Shown here piece after piece: positions 63,147 through 64,000 of a stretch of DNA of 64,000 nt (its first letter is position 1; each line of letters begins with the position of its first letter). A program made the translations under genes and the position numbers. This DNA is from Chloropicon primus (lineage: Eukaryota). The notes below the pieces were generated by a model. That model had not been told where the DNA came from. It made no database searches and saw nothing but the letters and a program-made list of their open reading frames with translations. Location of the stretch: NCBI GenBank assembly GCA_023205875.1, contig CP060755.1, positions 682,001 to 746,000 on the forward strand, written 5' to 3'.

Positions 63147-63549
63147 CTTAAACCTCCTCTATCCAATACACGCTTCACTCTCAGGCGCCAAATTCGCCAA
63201 GTGGCATACCAATCGAAAGCCCGTGAGCCGTAGTATGCAACCGCGTCACCCTCGACCCCTTCGCGAAACCTTCGCGACCTCACCCGACCCGAAACTCTTC
63301 ATCTGCTTGCGGAGGCGAACTCCCTCACACACGGGTGGAGTGGAGCCTTGCGAGGTGGGAAGGGGGAGAGGAAGCCGAGGAAGGTTTTGAGTGCGAGGAC
63401 GTGACCCAGGGCGAAGTTCAGGAGGAGGAAGGCGCCCGGAACGATCGACTGTGGAGCGAGGAATGAAATGCTTGCACGACGTTCGAAGGGGAAGCCAGTA
63501 GTCCGTTCGGGACGAGAGAGAACACGCGTGTGGTGCCGGTGAGCTTATA

Positions 63550-64000
63550 TTACAGCTCGAGCTTCTCGAGCTTTTCTCGAATTTCAGGAGGGATGTCGGT
63601 GTCGAGGTCCTCCAGCAGCATGAACTTGATGATACGCTTCTCGATATTGAGCCACACCTTGGGCTTGGGGAGGGAAAGCTTGCCGACGTTCCAGAGCCAG
63701 TACCCGAGTGCGCAGGTGGCAGCCAAGCCGGCAAGCAGGAAGACCAAGATCACCACAAGCCTGAAGCACGGGTTCTTGATCCTGGTGTAGAAGAAACCAT
63801 CCGAGAGGATGTACTCCCTGAGCGGGTGCCTCGTGGTGAGGACGAGCACGTCCGAGGAGGAGGAGACCTCCGAGGAGAGCTGGAGCCTGGTCCTCGCGGT
63901 GGAGACATTGACCGTGGTGAAGAGCTCCCCCGCGCTCACGTTGGAGTGAGCCTGGGATATGACTCCCGGAACCACGCGGTGCTCCACGAGCCTCGCGTCG
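63550..64000 (-). CDS. 3' end of an uncharacterised membrane protein (5' outside window)
   Basis: Open GC3-rich frame with a hydrophobic helix (LVVILVFLLAGLAATCALGYWLW); stop overlaps TGTAA. Confidence 0.65.
   Translation of the reverse strand, partial: DARLVEHRVVPGVISQAHSNVSAGELFTTVNVSTARTRLQLSSEVSSSSDVLVLTTRHPLREYILSDGFFYTRIKNPCFRLVVILVFLLAGLAATCALGYWLWNVGKLSLPKPKVWLNIEKRIIKFMLLEDLDTDIPPEIREKLEKLEL

Noticed and set aside
1092..63233. Many long antisense or alternative-frame ORFs (e.g. 1092-2246-, 11243-12388-, 16738-18093+, 17024-18457-, 52851-54173-, 56236-57471-)
   Set aside because: They shadow recognisable genes and have no motifs; expected from high GC3 codon bias, which removes stops in other frames.

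Overview
This is a gene-dense, GC-rich eukaryotic nuclear segment with about 28 protein-coding genes. Introns are short GT-AG type (mostly 70-150 nt, GTRAG donors, CTGAC/CTAAC branch points), TGTAA motifs follow many stop codons, and GA/CT microsatellites sit at many 5' ends. The gene set (DUF506, GATA+ASXH, fused PabA-PabB, YidD, DUF1995) and TGTAA signals point to a compact-genome green alga, possibly Chloropicon-like; this is inference. Housekeeping genes: CDC123, alpha-SNAP, NIPSNAP, PRXL2-like, U2A', glyoxalase-like, DusA, acid lipase, ORC3, RPL32, importin-beta, TRM10, MTP/CDF, ADC synthase, VPS15. Main highlight: an intronless 19-kb gene for a ~6,356-aa single-pass surface protein with EGF, ~10 LamG-like domains, cadherin-like spacers, REJ, degenerate GPS and an extensin-like SPPPP stalk. 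Nearby are an alpha2delta-like VWA/dCache receptor with an intact amino-acid-sensing motif fused to a C-type lectin, and a CD36-family protein. Other points of interest are a SPICE1-like centriole motif and several spliced microgenes missed by the ORF track (STMP1-like, Mic19/CHCH-like, Ska-like). I recognised no rRNA, tRNA, CRISPR array or transposon. All family calls come from motif recognition, not database searches.
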